From: a bacterium
GTDB lineage: Bacteria > Hinthialibacterota > Hinthialibacteria > Hinthialibacterales > Hinthialibacteraceae
NCBI GenBank assembly: GCA_041946805.1
Contig: JBHGBC010000198.1
Coordinates: forward strand, 1-10,266
Direction: 5' to 3'
DNA length: 10,266 nt
Part shown: positions 1 to 7,798 of the stretch, piece by piece
Layout of the letters: every line of letters starts with the position of its first letter
How positions within the stretch are numbered: the first letter of the stretch is position 1
Notes under the pieces: generated by a model
Database searches by the model: none
The model's input: the letters and a program-made list of their open reading frames with translations, nothing else
What the model was told of the DNA's origin: nothing
Translations under genes and position numbers: made by a program

Positions 1-22
1 ATTGTCGTTTTTGGGGTAACAT
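1..22 (-). CDS. 5' start of a gene running off the left edge (MLPQKRQ...), product unknown
   Basis: Minus strand reads GAGGAGGTATATA-ATG-TTA-CCC-CAA-AAA-CGA-CAA: strong Shine-Dalgarno at correct spacing before the ATG at 22. Only 7 codons are visible. Confidence 0.6.
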
Positions 23-150
23 TATATACCTCCTCGGTTGTGTACGGAGAGTAGCCCCGCAAGGAGGGGGGTATTTCAACCGACAACCTACGAAAAGAGA
101 GAAAACGGGGTTATAGTAAAGACCACTTCTCATTTTCTTTTTGTGGATGC

Positions 151-224
151 GGGCCCATAGCTCAGTTGGTTAGAGCCACCGGCTCATAACCGGTCGGTCC
201 CTGGTTCGAGTCCAGGTGGGCCCA
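151..224 (+). tRNA. tRNA with CAT anticodon, most likely tRNA-Ile2 (lysidine-modified) rather than Met
   Basis: Cloverleaf: acceptor GGGCCCA(151-157)/TGGGCCC(217-223), D arm GCTC-AGTTGGTTA-GAGC, anticodon stem ACCGG/CCGGT with loop CT-CAT-AA (anticodon 185-187), T arm CCTGG-TTCGAGT-CCAGG, discriminator A224. The G1-C72 pair and lack of the GGG/CCC anticodon stem exclude the initiator tRNA. Overall sequence resembles bacterial Ile2 tRNAs. CCA is not encoded directly after A224. Confidence 0.95.
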
Positions 225-338
225 CTCCAAAAATCCCCAATAAAAACAACCCTAACCTCATTAAAGCCCCTGATAGGACGGCTTATTGCTCATTCCCGGC
301 CTGATTACAATATTTCCCCGGTCGATCCCACATTTTCC

Positions 339-366
339 TTGACTTTCCCGAATAAACCAATTCAAT
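339..366 (+). promoter_or_regulatory. Putative sigma70 promoter for the integrase
   Basis: TTGACT (339-344), 16-nt spacer, TTCAAT (361-366) in AT-rich DNA about 90 nt upstream of the integrase ATG. The -10 match is only 4/6. Confidence 0.3.
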
Positions 367-376
367 TAGAAACAGA

Positions 377-446
377 TTGTAACACAAGGCCCTTTTCGGC
401 CCTGTCCGATCCGTTCATTCGGCGTGTTATGAATTTTGTAACACAA
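377..446 (+). repeat. 11-bp direct repeat TTGTAACACAA (377-387, 436-446) plus an inverted partial copy (GTGTTA 424-429); likely integrase arm-type or operator sites
   Basis: Exact 11-mer duplication between the tRNA and the integrase start. 424-444 forms the imperfect palindrome GTGTTA-TGAATTTTG-TAACAC just before the RBS. Confidence 0.6.
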
Positions 447-457
447 CAGGGGGTATC

Positions 458-1600
458 ATGGCTCGAAAACCAAAAAAGCGCGCGCATGGAACCGGCTCCC
501 TGATCCACCGGGGTGATTCCTGGTTGCTCCGTATCCTTGCGAACGGGAAGATCATCCAACGGGCCATCAAAGACCCGTACACCAAGGAACGCCCCAAGAC
601 CAAGGCTGAAGCGGAACGCCTGGAATCCGCCATGCGGGTTGAACTCTTCTCCAATGGGAAAACCGGTCTCTACGATACGAACCCGTCCGTTTCCCTGGGG
701 GAACTCAACCAAGCCTACTTGGAGACCTACGCGGAACGCTGGGCCAGAAAGCGCAAGGTGAACTGGCTCTATGCCATCGAACAAGCCGTGCGCTTCTTCA
801 AGACCGCGGATGAAATCACCCATGAACGCCTGGGGGACTTCGTCCAGAAGCGCCTAGCCACTCCCACATTCCGGGGAGACCCGCGAACCCCGGCGGCGGT
901 CAACCGCGAATTGGAATGCCTGCGGCGCCTGCTGAATTGGGGAGTACAAACCGGACGGCTGCCCAAGAACCCCATGAAGGGCTTCTCCCTGCTGAAAACC
1001 CCCTTCAGCCGGGACCGTATCCTCTCTCGCGAAGAACTCGAACGCCTGATCCAGGCCCTCGATAAACCGGCCTTTGCCCCGATCCGGCTGATCGTCCTCA
1101 TCGCCCTGACCACCGGCATGCGGCGGGGGGAAATCTTCTCCCTGAAATGGGCGGGACCGCAAACGGCGAAGACCGATAACGCGGTCAACCTGGATGAGGG
1201 AATCTTCGACTTGCAACGGACCAAGGCCGGGCGGCGGAAGGTCCCCATTCCGGCCATCCTCAAGGCGGAACTGGCCGTCCTCCCCCGCGTATCCGATTAC
1301 GTGTTTCCCTCTCCCGCGGATACCGCCAAGCCGATCGGGGATATCAAGAAATCGTTCCGCGCCCTGATGAGGGAAGCCCGGATCGAGGCCTGCCGGTTCC
1401 ACGACCTGCGGCACGTGGCGGCCAGCGGCTGGGTGGAAGGCGGGGTGGACATCAAAACCGTCCAGGAACTCTTGGGGCATAGCAGCATCGTCACAACACA
1501 AAGATATCTGACCAGCCTGGCGGAAAGCAAACAAAAGGCCGTGGATGGCATCGCGGCCAAAATCCTGGGGGGAGCGGCATGCAATTTCAGCATACGGTGA
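458..1600 (+). CDS. Tyrosine recombinase / phage-type integrase (380 aa)
   Basis: Catalytic motifs TGMRRGE (R), TKAG (K), FHDLRH (HxxR), LLGHSSIVTTQRY (H, Y). Core-binding motif TPAAVNRELECLRRLLNWG. Basic N-terminal arm-binding-like segment (KKRAHGTGSLIHR). AGGGGG RBS. Located directly 3' of a tRNA. Confidence 0.95.
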   Translation: MARKPKKRAHGTGSLIHRGDSWLLRILANGKIIQRAIKDPYTKERPKTKAEAERLESAMRVELFSNGKTGLYDTNPSVSLGELNQAYLETYAERWARKRKVNWLYAIEQAVRFFKTADEITHERLGDFVQKRLATPTFRGDPRTPAAVNRELECLRRLLNWGVQTGRLPKNPMKGFSLLKTPFSRDRILSREELERLIQALDKPAFAPIRLIVLIALTTGMRRGEIFSLKWAGPQTAKTDNAVNLDEGIFDLQRTKAGRRKVPIPAILKAELAVLPRVSDYVFPSPADTAKPIGDIKKSFRALMREARIEACRFHDLRHVAASGWVEGGVDIKTVQELLGHSSIVTTQRYLTSLAESKQKAVDGIAAKILGGAACNFSIR

Positions 1601-1610
1601 AATCAATCTG

Positions 1611-2651
1611 TCAGTTGGTCTTCTCATCTTCCAAGACTTCCTTGTAAGCTGCTCCCAATGTGTCCCAAGCGAGTTGGGGATTCGGCGCCGCGAGAAGGGT
1701 TCCCTGTCCGGCCCGGTAAGTCCAGGAGAAGATCGACTCGATGCCGCAGGCGGCGTAGGTGCGGACAATCTCCTTGATGAACGTGATGTCGGCCGGTGAT
1801 TGAAAGTAGCTCATCACCCACCGCTGGGGAATCTTATTGTACTTGCGGGCCAAGGCCACGGTTTTCCCCGCGATGCGCCGGTGGACCTCCAAGGGGATGT
1901 CGTAGCTGACGACGATGGAGGTGGAAAAAATATCGTATTGCGGGGTGGCGGCGATGGTTTCCCAATCGTCATAGCCGCGTTCGTAGGAAAGATAGTAGTT
2001 GTTCTCCGCCGGCAGGCTGCACTGCGTTATCTTCAAGCGGGGATTGATCGACTTGGCCGCCGAGCTGGCCAGGGAGAGAATTTCATTGGCTTTACGGCGG
2101 CGCCATTTTTTTACCTGGTCCGTCAATACTTTCGGCAGAGGATAACCGTATTCGGTCTCGAATAATTTCTGACAAATGGAGCAACGGCAGGTCCAGTCGC
2201 TGGTGCTTTGATAGCCGATGGGGTCGATGGGCATCGCGTAATGCGGTTCGTCCCAAAAGAAACCATCGCTGTCGCAGTCATGCGCCAGTTTTTCCACGAT
2301 GCCAAGGAAATATTCACGAAACGCCGGGGAGTTGGGGCAAGCGGCCGCGACCGGCTCGCCCGTCAGCGCCGTCACTTGCCGGTTGTGCACGTTCTCTTGC
2401 AAAAAGAGGCTGGGGGGCTCGCCTCCAAAGAACTTGCCGATTCCCCAGGTGTCCAGATAAACCGTCAATCCTAACTTTTGGGCTTCTGCCACGATTTGTG
2501 GAATGGAGGGATACCAGAAGAAAATATCAAATTCGGTCAGCGCCAGCAGCACCGCCGTGCAGTGATGCCGCTTCATTTCTTCGAAGTCCCGCCGGGCATG
2601 TTCCGGATAGGAGATGCCATAATAGCTAACACCGGTTTCACGAACCGCCAT
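1611..2651 (-). CDS. Glycoside hydrolase-like TIM-barrel protein (GH42/clan GH-A-like catalytic domain, 346 aa), cytoplasmic
   Basis: GVSYYG...RDFEEMK start, CPNSPAFRE, FFWDEPHY (candidate acid/base Glu) and CRCSIC. This Cys pattern resembles the GH42 zinc site. No signal peptide. Confidence 0.65.
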   Translation of the reverse strand: MAVRETGVSYYGISYPEHARRDFEEMKRHHCTAVLLALTEFDIFFWYPSIPQIVAEAQKLGLTVYLDTWGIGKFFGGEPPSLFLQENVHNRQVTALTGEPVAAACPNSPAFREYFLGIVEKLAHDCDSDGFFWDEPHYAMPIDPIGYQSTSDWTCRCSICQKLFETEYGYPLPKVLTDQVKKWRRRKANEILSLASSAAKSINPRLKITQCSLPAENNYYLSYERGYDDWETIAATPQYDIFSTSIVVSYDIPLEVHRRIAGKTVALARKYNKIPQRWVMSYFQSPADITFIKEIVRTYAACGIESIFSWTYRAGQGTLLAAPNPQLAWDTLGAAYKEVLEDEKTN

Positions 2652-2675
2652 GAACGTGGTCTCGCTTTCGTTGGA

Positions 2676-3464
2676 TTATAGAAACTTGACTCGGCTGTTG
2701 TATCGGGCCCGGAGTTCTTCATTGCGCTGATCGCCGCCGGGAATGTTCGCGCTGGACCAGACCGGAGCTTCGATGCCCCGCGCCACGCATGCCTTGACGC
2801 ATTCCATCTCCAGACGGTGGGCGATATAAAAATCAATCATGCCGGAAACACTGGTCATGGGATGCGGGAATCCCTTGATTTGGATGACCGTATCACCGTA
2901 GGGAACGTAATCATCGATGCCAATGTCGGCAATGTCGAAGAGTGTTTTCTTGGATCGATGGCGGATGGGAAAATCGGGCGGAACCGAGCGGTGCCAATCG
3001 CTGGAGGAGATCCCCACCAGCCGGGCGTTGCGGCGTTTCACTTCCAGGGCGCAATCGATGGTGGGCGCGTTGAATCCATAGCTGTGAAAGATCAGGACCA
3101 GGTCGCCTTCGCCCACGCCATAATAGTTCACGGTCTGATCGCCGATGCCGTGCATGCGTTCGTGATAGAGGTACATGTACGCGGGGGTGACCGGATGGAT
3201 GGCGAAATCGATCATGGGACAGATGTTAGCCAGGCCGCCGGCGCGCCAGAACAACTCCTGCATGACCAGGCAGGTGTGGCCGCCGCCGCCATAGAGGTAA
3301 ATCAGACGGTCCTGCTCGACGGCGTCCGCCATCCAGGCCGCCGCCTGGAGCAGGTTCTCCAGTTGTTCGGTTTCGACGCGGTTCATCATCGCGGTGAGGC
3401 AATGTTGGAGTGAGAGATCACTCCGGGAATCTGTTTGGGTCTTATCGGTAGGTGTTACAACCAT
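2676..3464 (-). CDS. SIS-domain sugar (phosphate) isomerase-like protein (262 aa)
   Basis: IYLYGGGGH, ELFWRAGGL, GDLVLIFHSYGFN, LVGISS, LFDIADIGIDDYVPYGD, PVWSSANIPGGD: typical SIS_2/UPF0309-like motifs. RBS GAGGAG before the ATG. Confidence 0.85.
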   Translation of the reverse strand: MVVTPTDKTQTDSRSDLSLQHCLTAMMNRVETEQLENLLQAAAWMADAVEQDRLIYLYGGGGHTCLVMQELFWRAGGLANICPMIDFAIHPVTPAYMYLYHERMHGIGDQTVNYYGVGEGDLVLIFHSYGFNAPTIDCALEVKRRNARLVGISSSDWHRSVPPDFPIRHRSKKTLFDIADIGIDDYVPYGDTVIQIKGFPHPMTSVSGMIDFYIAHRLEMECVKACVARGIEAPVWSSANIPGGDQRNEELRARYNSRVKFL

Positions 3465-3684
3465 GTTTCACTCCTCGCTGGCAGGATATTTGTGGTTCGT
3501 ACCAGCTGATTTGGGGTTACTCCGGCATGACCGGATTTGATGAGCGGACCTTGGGCGGGTTGCGCGTTGTCGCGCCAATCCATCCTGCGTAGACACGCGT
3601 TCGTTCCTTATTGAATAGGAGTACGAAGCCGCCAGAAGAACGAAGAACAATATCCATAAAGAGAAACCAGACAAGCAAACCAAC

Positions 3685-4926
3685 TCAAACCGCGATCAGC
3701 TGGCGCTGGGCGGGATCAAAGCCGATGCGCCGGCCTTGCCGCAGCGATTCATCCGGCATGATGGCCGTCAGCGCCTGATAGAAACCGGCGTCGATGTCCG
3801 CGTTGGGTTGTTCGCGGCTGCGGATGCACTTCAGCCAGTTCAGCATGTGTTCATCCCGGGGGATGGGGTTAATCGCGGTTTTCTCCTTCAGCGCCTGGGG
3901 ATCCTGGCTGCCTTCGCCGCTGGCGAACGGATGATTCCAGTCGGTCATGTCGAGAATCCCCCGGCTGCCGATGGCCCGGAAATAATTGGCCCCGCCGTTG
4001 CCGGTGGTGGTGTGATAACTGACGCTGAAACCGCCCGGATACTCGAAAACCGCTTGGACGCTGGAAGGAACGGTAAACTTGGCATCGTGTTGATTTTTCC
4101 AGGATAGGGCCACCACGGAGACCGGCGGGGTGGCGCCCGTGAGGTAGTGCACCAGGTCGGTGAAATGCGTCATATAACCGCCCAGGGCCCCGTTCGAGAA
4201 GGGGCGGTAGCCCATCCACGCGGTGTAGACTTCGGGATCCCAGGGCCGGGGTTCGGCGTGCATGAGAAACGCCTGCCAATGGGTGTTTTCCGGCCGGATC
4301 TCGCGGCGGTATTGATGCCAGTAGGGAAAGTATTCATTGCGGGCTTGCTCCATCCGCAGCACGGTACCCAGCTGGCCGGAGGCGATGAATTCACGGCAAC
4401 CGGTGAAGGATGCCAGGCTGCGCAGCTGAGTGCCGTTTTGCACAATTGTGCCGTTCGCCTTGACGGCGTCGTACGCGTCACACAGATCCTGAAAATCGAT
4501 GGCCAGGGGCTTCTCCACATACGCGTCCAGTTTCGCTTGCGCGGCCTCCCGCAGCATAATGGGGTGTTGATGATCCGGCGTGGCGATCACCACGGCGTGG
4601 AGGCCGTCATGCGCCAAGAGTTCCTTGTAGTCCGCGTACGTCTTGGGGGCGGCGTCCTGAATGTCCGCGACGTGTTGCGCCGCTCTCTCGCGCATGGCGT
4701 CCCAGATGTCACACACCGCCACCACGAGGGCGTTGGCGGTTTTGGAATGCTGCAACACTTCCTGCCGCAGCGCGGAACCGCGCCCGCCGCAGCCGATCAG
4801 GCCGATGGCGATGCGATCGTTGCTGCCCACCACGCGGGCATAGGACGTGGCCGTCCAAGCCATTCCCAGGGTGATGGCCGATGAGCCCGCGATAAACGAA
4901 CGGCGATCGATGGCGTAGGTTTTCAT
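3685..4926 (-). CDS. Tat-exported Gfo/Idh/MocA family oxidoreductase (413 aa)
   Basis: Start moved to MKTYAIDRRSFIAG (AAGGAG RBS, twin-arginine signal). Rossmann motif GLIGCGGRG, plus VIATPDHQH and YVEKPL. Confidence 0.9.
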   Translation of the reverse strand: MKTYAIDRRSFIAGSSAITLGMAWTATSYARVVGSNDRIAIGLIGCGGRGSALRQEVLQHSKTANALVVAVCDIWDAMRERAAQHVADIQDAAPKTYADYKELLAHDGLHAVVIATPDHQHPIMLREAAQAKLDAYVEKPLAIDFQDLCDAYDAVKANGTIVQNGTQLRSLASFTGCREFIASGQLGTVLRMEQARNEYFPYWHQYRREIRPENTHWQAFLMHAEPRPWDPEVYTAWMGYRPFSNGALGGYMTHFTDLVHYLTGATPPVSVVALSWKNQHDAKFTVPSSVQAVFEYPGGFSVSYHTTTGNGGANYFRAIGSRGILDMTDWNHPFASGEGSQDPQALKEKTAINPIPRDEHMLNWLKCIRSREQPNADIDAGFYQALTAIMPDESLRQGRRIGFDPAQRQLIAV

Positions 4927-4987
4927 TACGAAATCTCCTTGCTGAATCAATTTGGCTGATTGAAATATGCCGAGGGTTCCCATGGAA

Positions 4988-5578
4988 TCAGAATCCGGCG
5001 CCGGGTCCATGAAAGGAGATATCGCCCGGGCTGATCAGACCGTTGCTGGCTTCGTAGGCGAGGGAATAATCTCCCTGGCCGTTCGGTCCCATGGCCCGGA
5101 TCTGGTAGTAATGGAAGAGCCGGGGAGGGGCGGCCTCCGGATTTTTCATGACGCCTTTGCGGAAGAGGTAATCCCGGCTGATCGCCGGATTCAGCGGATC
5201 CTGGATGTCCCGGGCCCAGAAATAGACATAGAACGGCAGAATTTCCGGAAACCAGCCATAGCCGCCGGCGGCCGGCGTGTTTGTTTCTTTCCGGGGAGCG
5301 AATGGATCAATCGGAATGGAGGCCATGTAGGCGGTGGGGGTGGTCAATTTGTTCCACCCGAAAATTGCCCAGGTCGATCGCCCTTCCGGATAGGTACCAT
5401 GATCCGTGTTGTACATCTCCAGCGCGGTGGACAGGGCGCGGATATCGGAGTAGGTCCGGGCCACCTTGGCGCGGATTTGCGCGTTGAGAAAATTGGGGAC
5501 CGCGATGGCCGCCAAAATGCCGATGATGGCGACCACGATCAGCAGTTCAATCAGTGTGAATCCGCGACAGGTTGACAT
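4988..5578 (-). CDS. Prepilin-type N-terminal cleavage/methylation protein, GspG/type IV pilin-like (196 aa)
   Basis: RG|FTLIELLIVVAIIGILAAIAVP class III signal with E5. Also LTTPTAY..DPF and C-terminal MGPNG...YEASNGLISPGDI. Confidence 0.9.
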   Translation of the reverse strand: MSTCRGFTLIELLIVVAIIGILAAIAVPNFLNAQIRAKVARTYSDIRALSTALEMYNTDHGTYPEGRSTWAIFGWNKLTTPTAYMASIPIDPFAPRKETNTPAAGGYGWFPEILPFYVYFWARDIQDPLNPAISRDYLFRKGVMKNPEAAPPRLFHYYQIRAMGPNGQGDYSLAYEASNGLISPGDISFHGPGAGF

Positions 5579-5611
5579 GGACGATACTCACTTGCGATAG
5601 GATGCGCTGGA

Positions 5612-6202
5612 TTATTTCCCGACCAGCGAAGCGTCGCAGGGATAGGCAGTACGCGGCCCCAGGCGTTGAATGTCTCCCAAACTGTTGAGTCCGTTGCTGG
5701 ATTCGTAACTGGGGATGGAAGCCGCGTGTTGAATCCCGTCCGGGCCGGCGCTTTCGATACGCCACTCGCTGCAGCGCCAATCCGCGGACAACGGCCGTTG
5801 CTTCATCGTGACGGCGGATGAATAGGCTTCGCCGTAGTTATACCCGACTTCATAAGCCGAGTGCGGTTGTTCCCGGGTTATGCCATTGGCCGAGGTCACG
5901 AAGGGATCGATGTACGGCACCGACGACATATACGCCACCGGTGTGGTGAGTGGCCGCAGCCGCCAGGCTACCGGCCAAATATCCCCGTTTTCATAGGTAC
6001 GCCAGGGCGGATAAAAGTTCGTATCCATGTGGTAACTCTCGAGCGCGGTGGCTATCGAGCGGAACTCGCCCTGAACCCGCGCGATCTTGGCGCGGGTTTG
6101 CGCGTTGAGAAAATTGGGCACGGCGATGGCGGCCAGAATGCCGATAATAGCCACCACGATCAGCAATTCGATGAGGGTGAATGCTTGGTTCACCGCCTTC
6201 AT
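5612..6202 (-). CDS. Prepilin-type N-terminal cleavage/methylation protein, GspG/type IV pilin-like (196 aa)
   Basis: Start moved to MKAVNQA|FTLIELLIVV (GGGGAG RBS, Ala at -1). Also LTTPVAY..DPF and SAGPDG...YESSNGLNSLGDI. Confidence 0.9.
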   Translation of the reverse strand: MKAVNQAFTLIELLIVVAIIGILAAIAVPNFLNAQTRAKIARVQGEFRSIATALESYHMDTNFYPPWRTYENGDIWPVAWRLRPLTTPVAYMSSVPYIDPFVTSANGITREQPHSAYEVGYNYGEAYSSAVTMKQRPLSADWRCSEWRIESAGPDGIQHAASIPSYESSNGLNSLGDIQRLGPRTAYPCDASLVGK

Positions 6203-6316
6203 GACCGGTCTCCCCGTGTCTGCGTTCGCTATCCAGGATGGCGTGGTTGTTCCTGATTCTCGATACTTCCACAAGAATTCGAAGTCTACGGCAAAAACGC
6301 ACGTATTTCGCAAGAA

Positions 6317-6330
6317 GACACGATCGTGTC
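6317..6330. promoter_or_regulatory. Perfect 14-bp palindrome GACACGATCGTGTC, candidate operator
   Basis: Self-complementary with no loop. Lies in the 159-bp intergenic gap upstream of the tandem pilin pair. Confidence 0.3.
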
Positions 6331-6361
6331 AGCCTGAAACCCATCCGCGTTCCGCTGCCTT

Positions 6362-7666
6362 CTACGCGATCACCAGTTGGCGTTCGTGGTCGAACCGCAC
6401 CACGCGTTCGCCGCGCACGGCCAGCACGCCCATCTGCATGGTGGTGTTGACCGGGGCGCTCAACGCGGCGTTGGAAAGCGGCTGGGTCCGGGTTCGGCAG
6501 CACTCCAGAAAATCGGCCCAGAATTTATTTTGATCGATGCCGCTCTTTATGGACTCCCGGTGAATCTCGCGCCCGTCGTCCGAACGCAGCACGAGGATTT
6601 CCCGGTCGCCGATCAGCAAGGTCCCGTCCCACCCGCGGATGATGGGCGTCTCGTTGCTTCCGTAGGTGGTGTAGGCGTTGGCCTGGGTTCCGGCGCAGGT
6701 GACGGCGAAATGGTCCGGGTATTCGATGACCAGGTTGCAGGTGTCGGGGACATCCCGTTCCTCTTTGTATTCCGGATCGGGGGCTTCGGCAAGCGTGTAG
6801 CGGTAGATCCCGCCGAGGCCGCACACCTTGGTGGGATAACCCAGATCCAGGGTGTAGGCGAGCGGATTGTAAAAATGGATGTAGTTGTCCGACACCGGGC
6901 CGCCCGCGGTCTCGGAATACATGCGCCAGCGGAAATAGCGGCTGACGTGGAATTCCCGCCGGGGACAGTCGCCCTGGAAGCGTTCCCAATCGAGGTCCGG
7001 CCCCGGCTGGGCCTTGGGATCGTCGATGGGCATGCCGCGCTCGCCCCAGTCGCCGAACCGGAAATACCCGGTCTCGGCCATGACCGGTTTGCCGATCAGG
7101 CCCTTTTGGATGAGCGCCTTGGCCTGGGTGTAGGCGGACGAGGACATGCGCTGGCAGCCGACCTGCACCAGGCGGCCGGTTTCCTGAGAAACCCGCGCGA
7201 CCTCTTCCGCCAGGCCGAGCTGCCGCCAGTGAGTCAGGGGCTTTTCGACGTACACGTCCTTGCCGGCGCGCAGGGCGTCGATGGTTTGATACCCGTGCCA
7301 ATGCTCGGGGGTGGCGATCAGCACCACGTCGATGTCCGGCCGGGCCAGCAATTCCTCGTGGATCATGGTGGTGAAAGTAGCCTTGGTGAAATTCGCCGCG
7401 CGTTGCAGCCGGGGACGGTAGGTGTCGCAGACCGCCGTGATGTCCAGCGCCGCGCCTTGTTCGCGCATCTTCATGAGCAGGTCCATGTGCGCCCCCCCGC
7501 GGCCGCCGCAGCCGATGACGCCCAGATGGAGGCGGTCGTTGGCTCCGACAACGCGCCGGGCCGATTGGGCGGTGGCGCTCAAGGCGATGGAGGAAAACGC
7601 CAGGCTTTTGTTGAATTGGCGGCGGGTCATCGGGGTGGATTCAGATGGTGATTTTGTATTCGTCAT
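6362..7666 (-). CDS. Tat-exported Gfo/Idh/MocA family oxidoreductase (434 aa)
   Basis: Start moved to MTNTKS (AAGGAG RBS). TRRQFNK twin-arginine signal, GVIGCGGRG, LIATPEHWH, GKDVYVEKPL, WRMYSETAGG..DNYIH. Confidence 0.9.
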   Translation of the reverse strand: MTNTKSPSESTPMTRRQFNKSLAFSSIALSATAQSARRVVGANDRLHLGVIGCGGRGGAHMDLLMKMREQGAALDITAVCDTYRPRLQRAANFTKATFTTMIHEELLARPDIDVVLIATPEHWHGYQTIDALRAGKDVYVEKPLTHWRQLGLAEEVARVSQETGRLVQVGCQRMSSSAYTQAKALIQKGLIGKPVMAETGYFRFGDWGERGMPIDDPKAQPGPDLDWERFQGDCPRREFHVSRYFRWRMYSETAGGPVSDNYIHFYNPLAYTLDLGYPTKVCGLGGIYRYTLAEAPDPEYKEERDVPDTCNLVIEYPDHFAVTCAGTQANAYTTYGSNETPIIRGWDGTLLIGDREILVLRSDDGREIHRESIKSGIDQNKFWADFLECCRTRTQPLSNAALSAPVNTTMQMGVLAVRGERVVRFDHERQLVIA

Positions 7667-7798
7667 GAATAATACTCCTTGGTCCCGAGAGGGACGCTTT
7701 ACGTTTTGAATAGAAGTCTCTCTGGAAAACACGCACTATGTCTGGTTCATCCGGGAAGCGCGTACCTGATGGCGTTAAATTGATTCCATTCGCCCTGG

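Noticed and set aside
151..224. Initiator or elongator tRNA-Met assignment
   Set aside because: No C1:A72 mismatch or triple G-C anticodon stem, so not the initiator. Acceptor and D-arm sequence look Ile2-like. Elongator Met is less likely but needs an isotype-specific model to exclude fully.
216..503. 95-aa ORF beginning inside the tRNA (possible excisionase)
   Set aside because: Starts within the tRNA acceptor region, has no RBS or HTH-like pattern, and overlaps the integrase start.
3452..3460. GTGTTACAA, inverted 9-bp match to the integrase-upstream repeat (possible distal arm site)
   Set aside because: Single short match inside the SIS coding start, with no tRNA-end duplication nearby. 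Compatible with chance.
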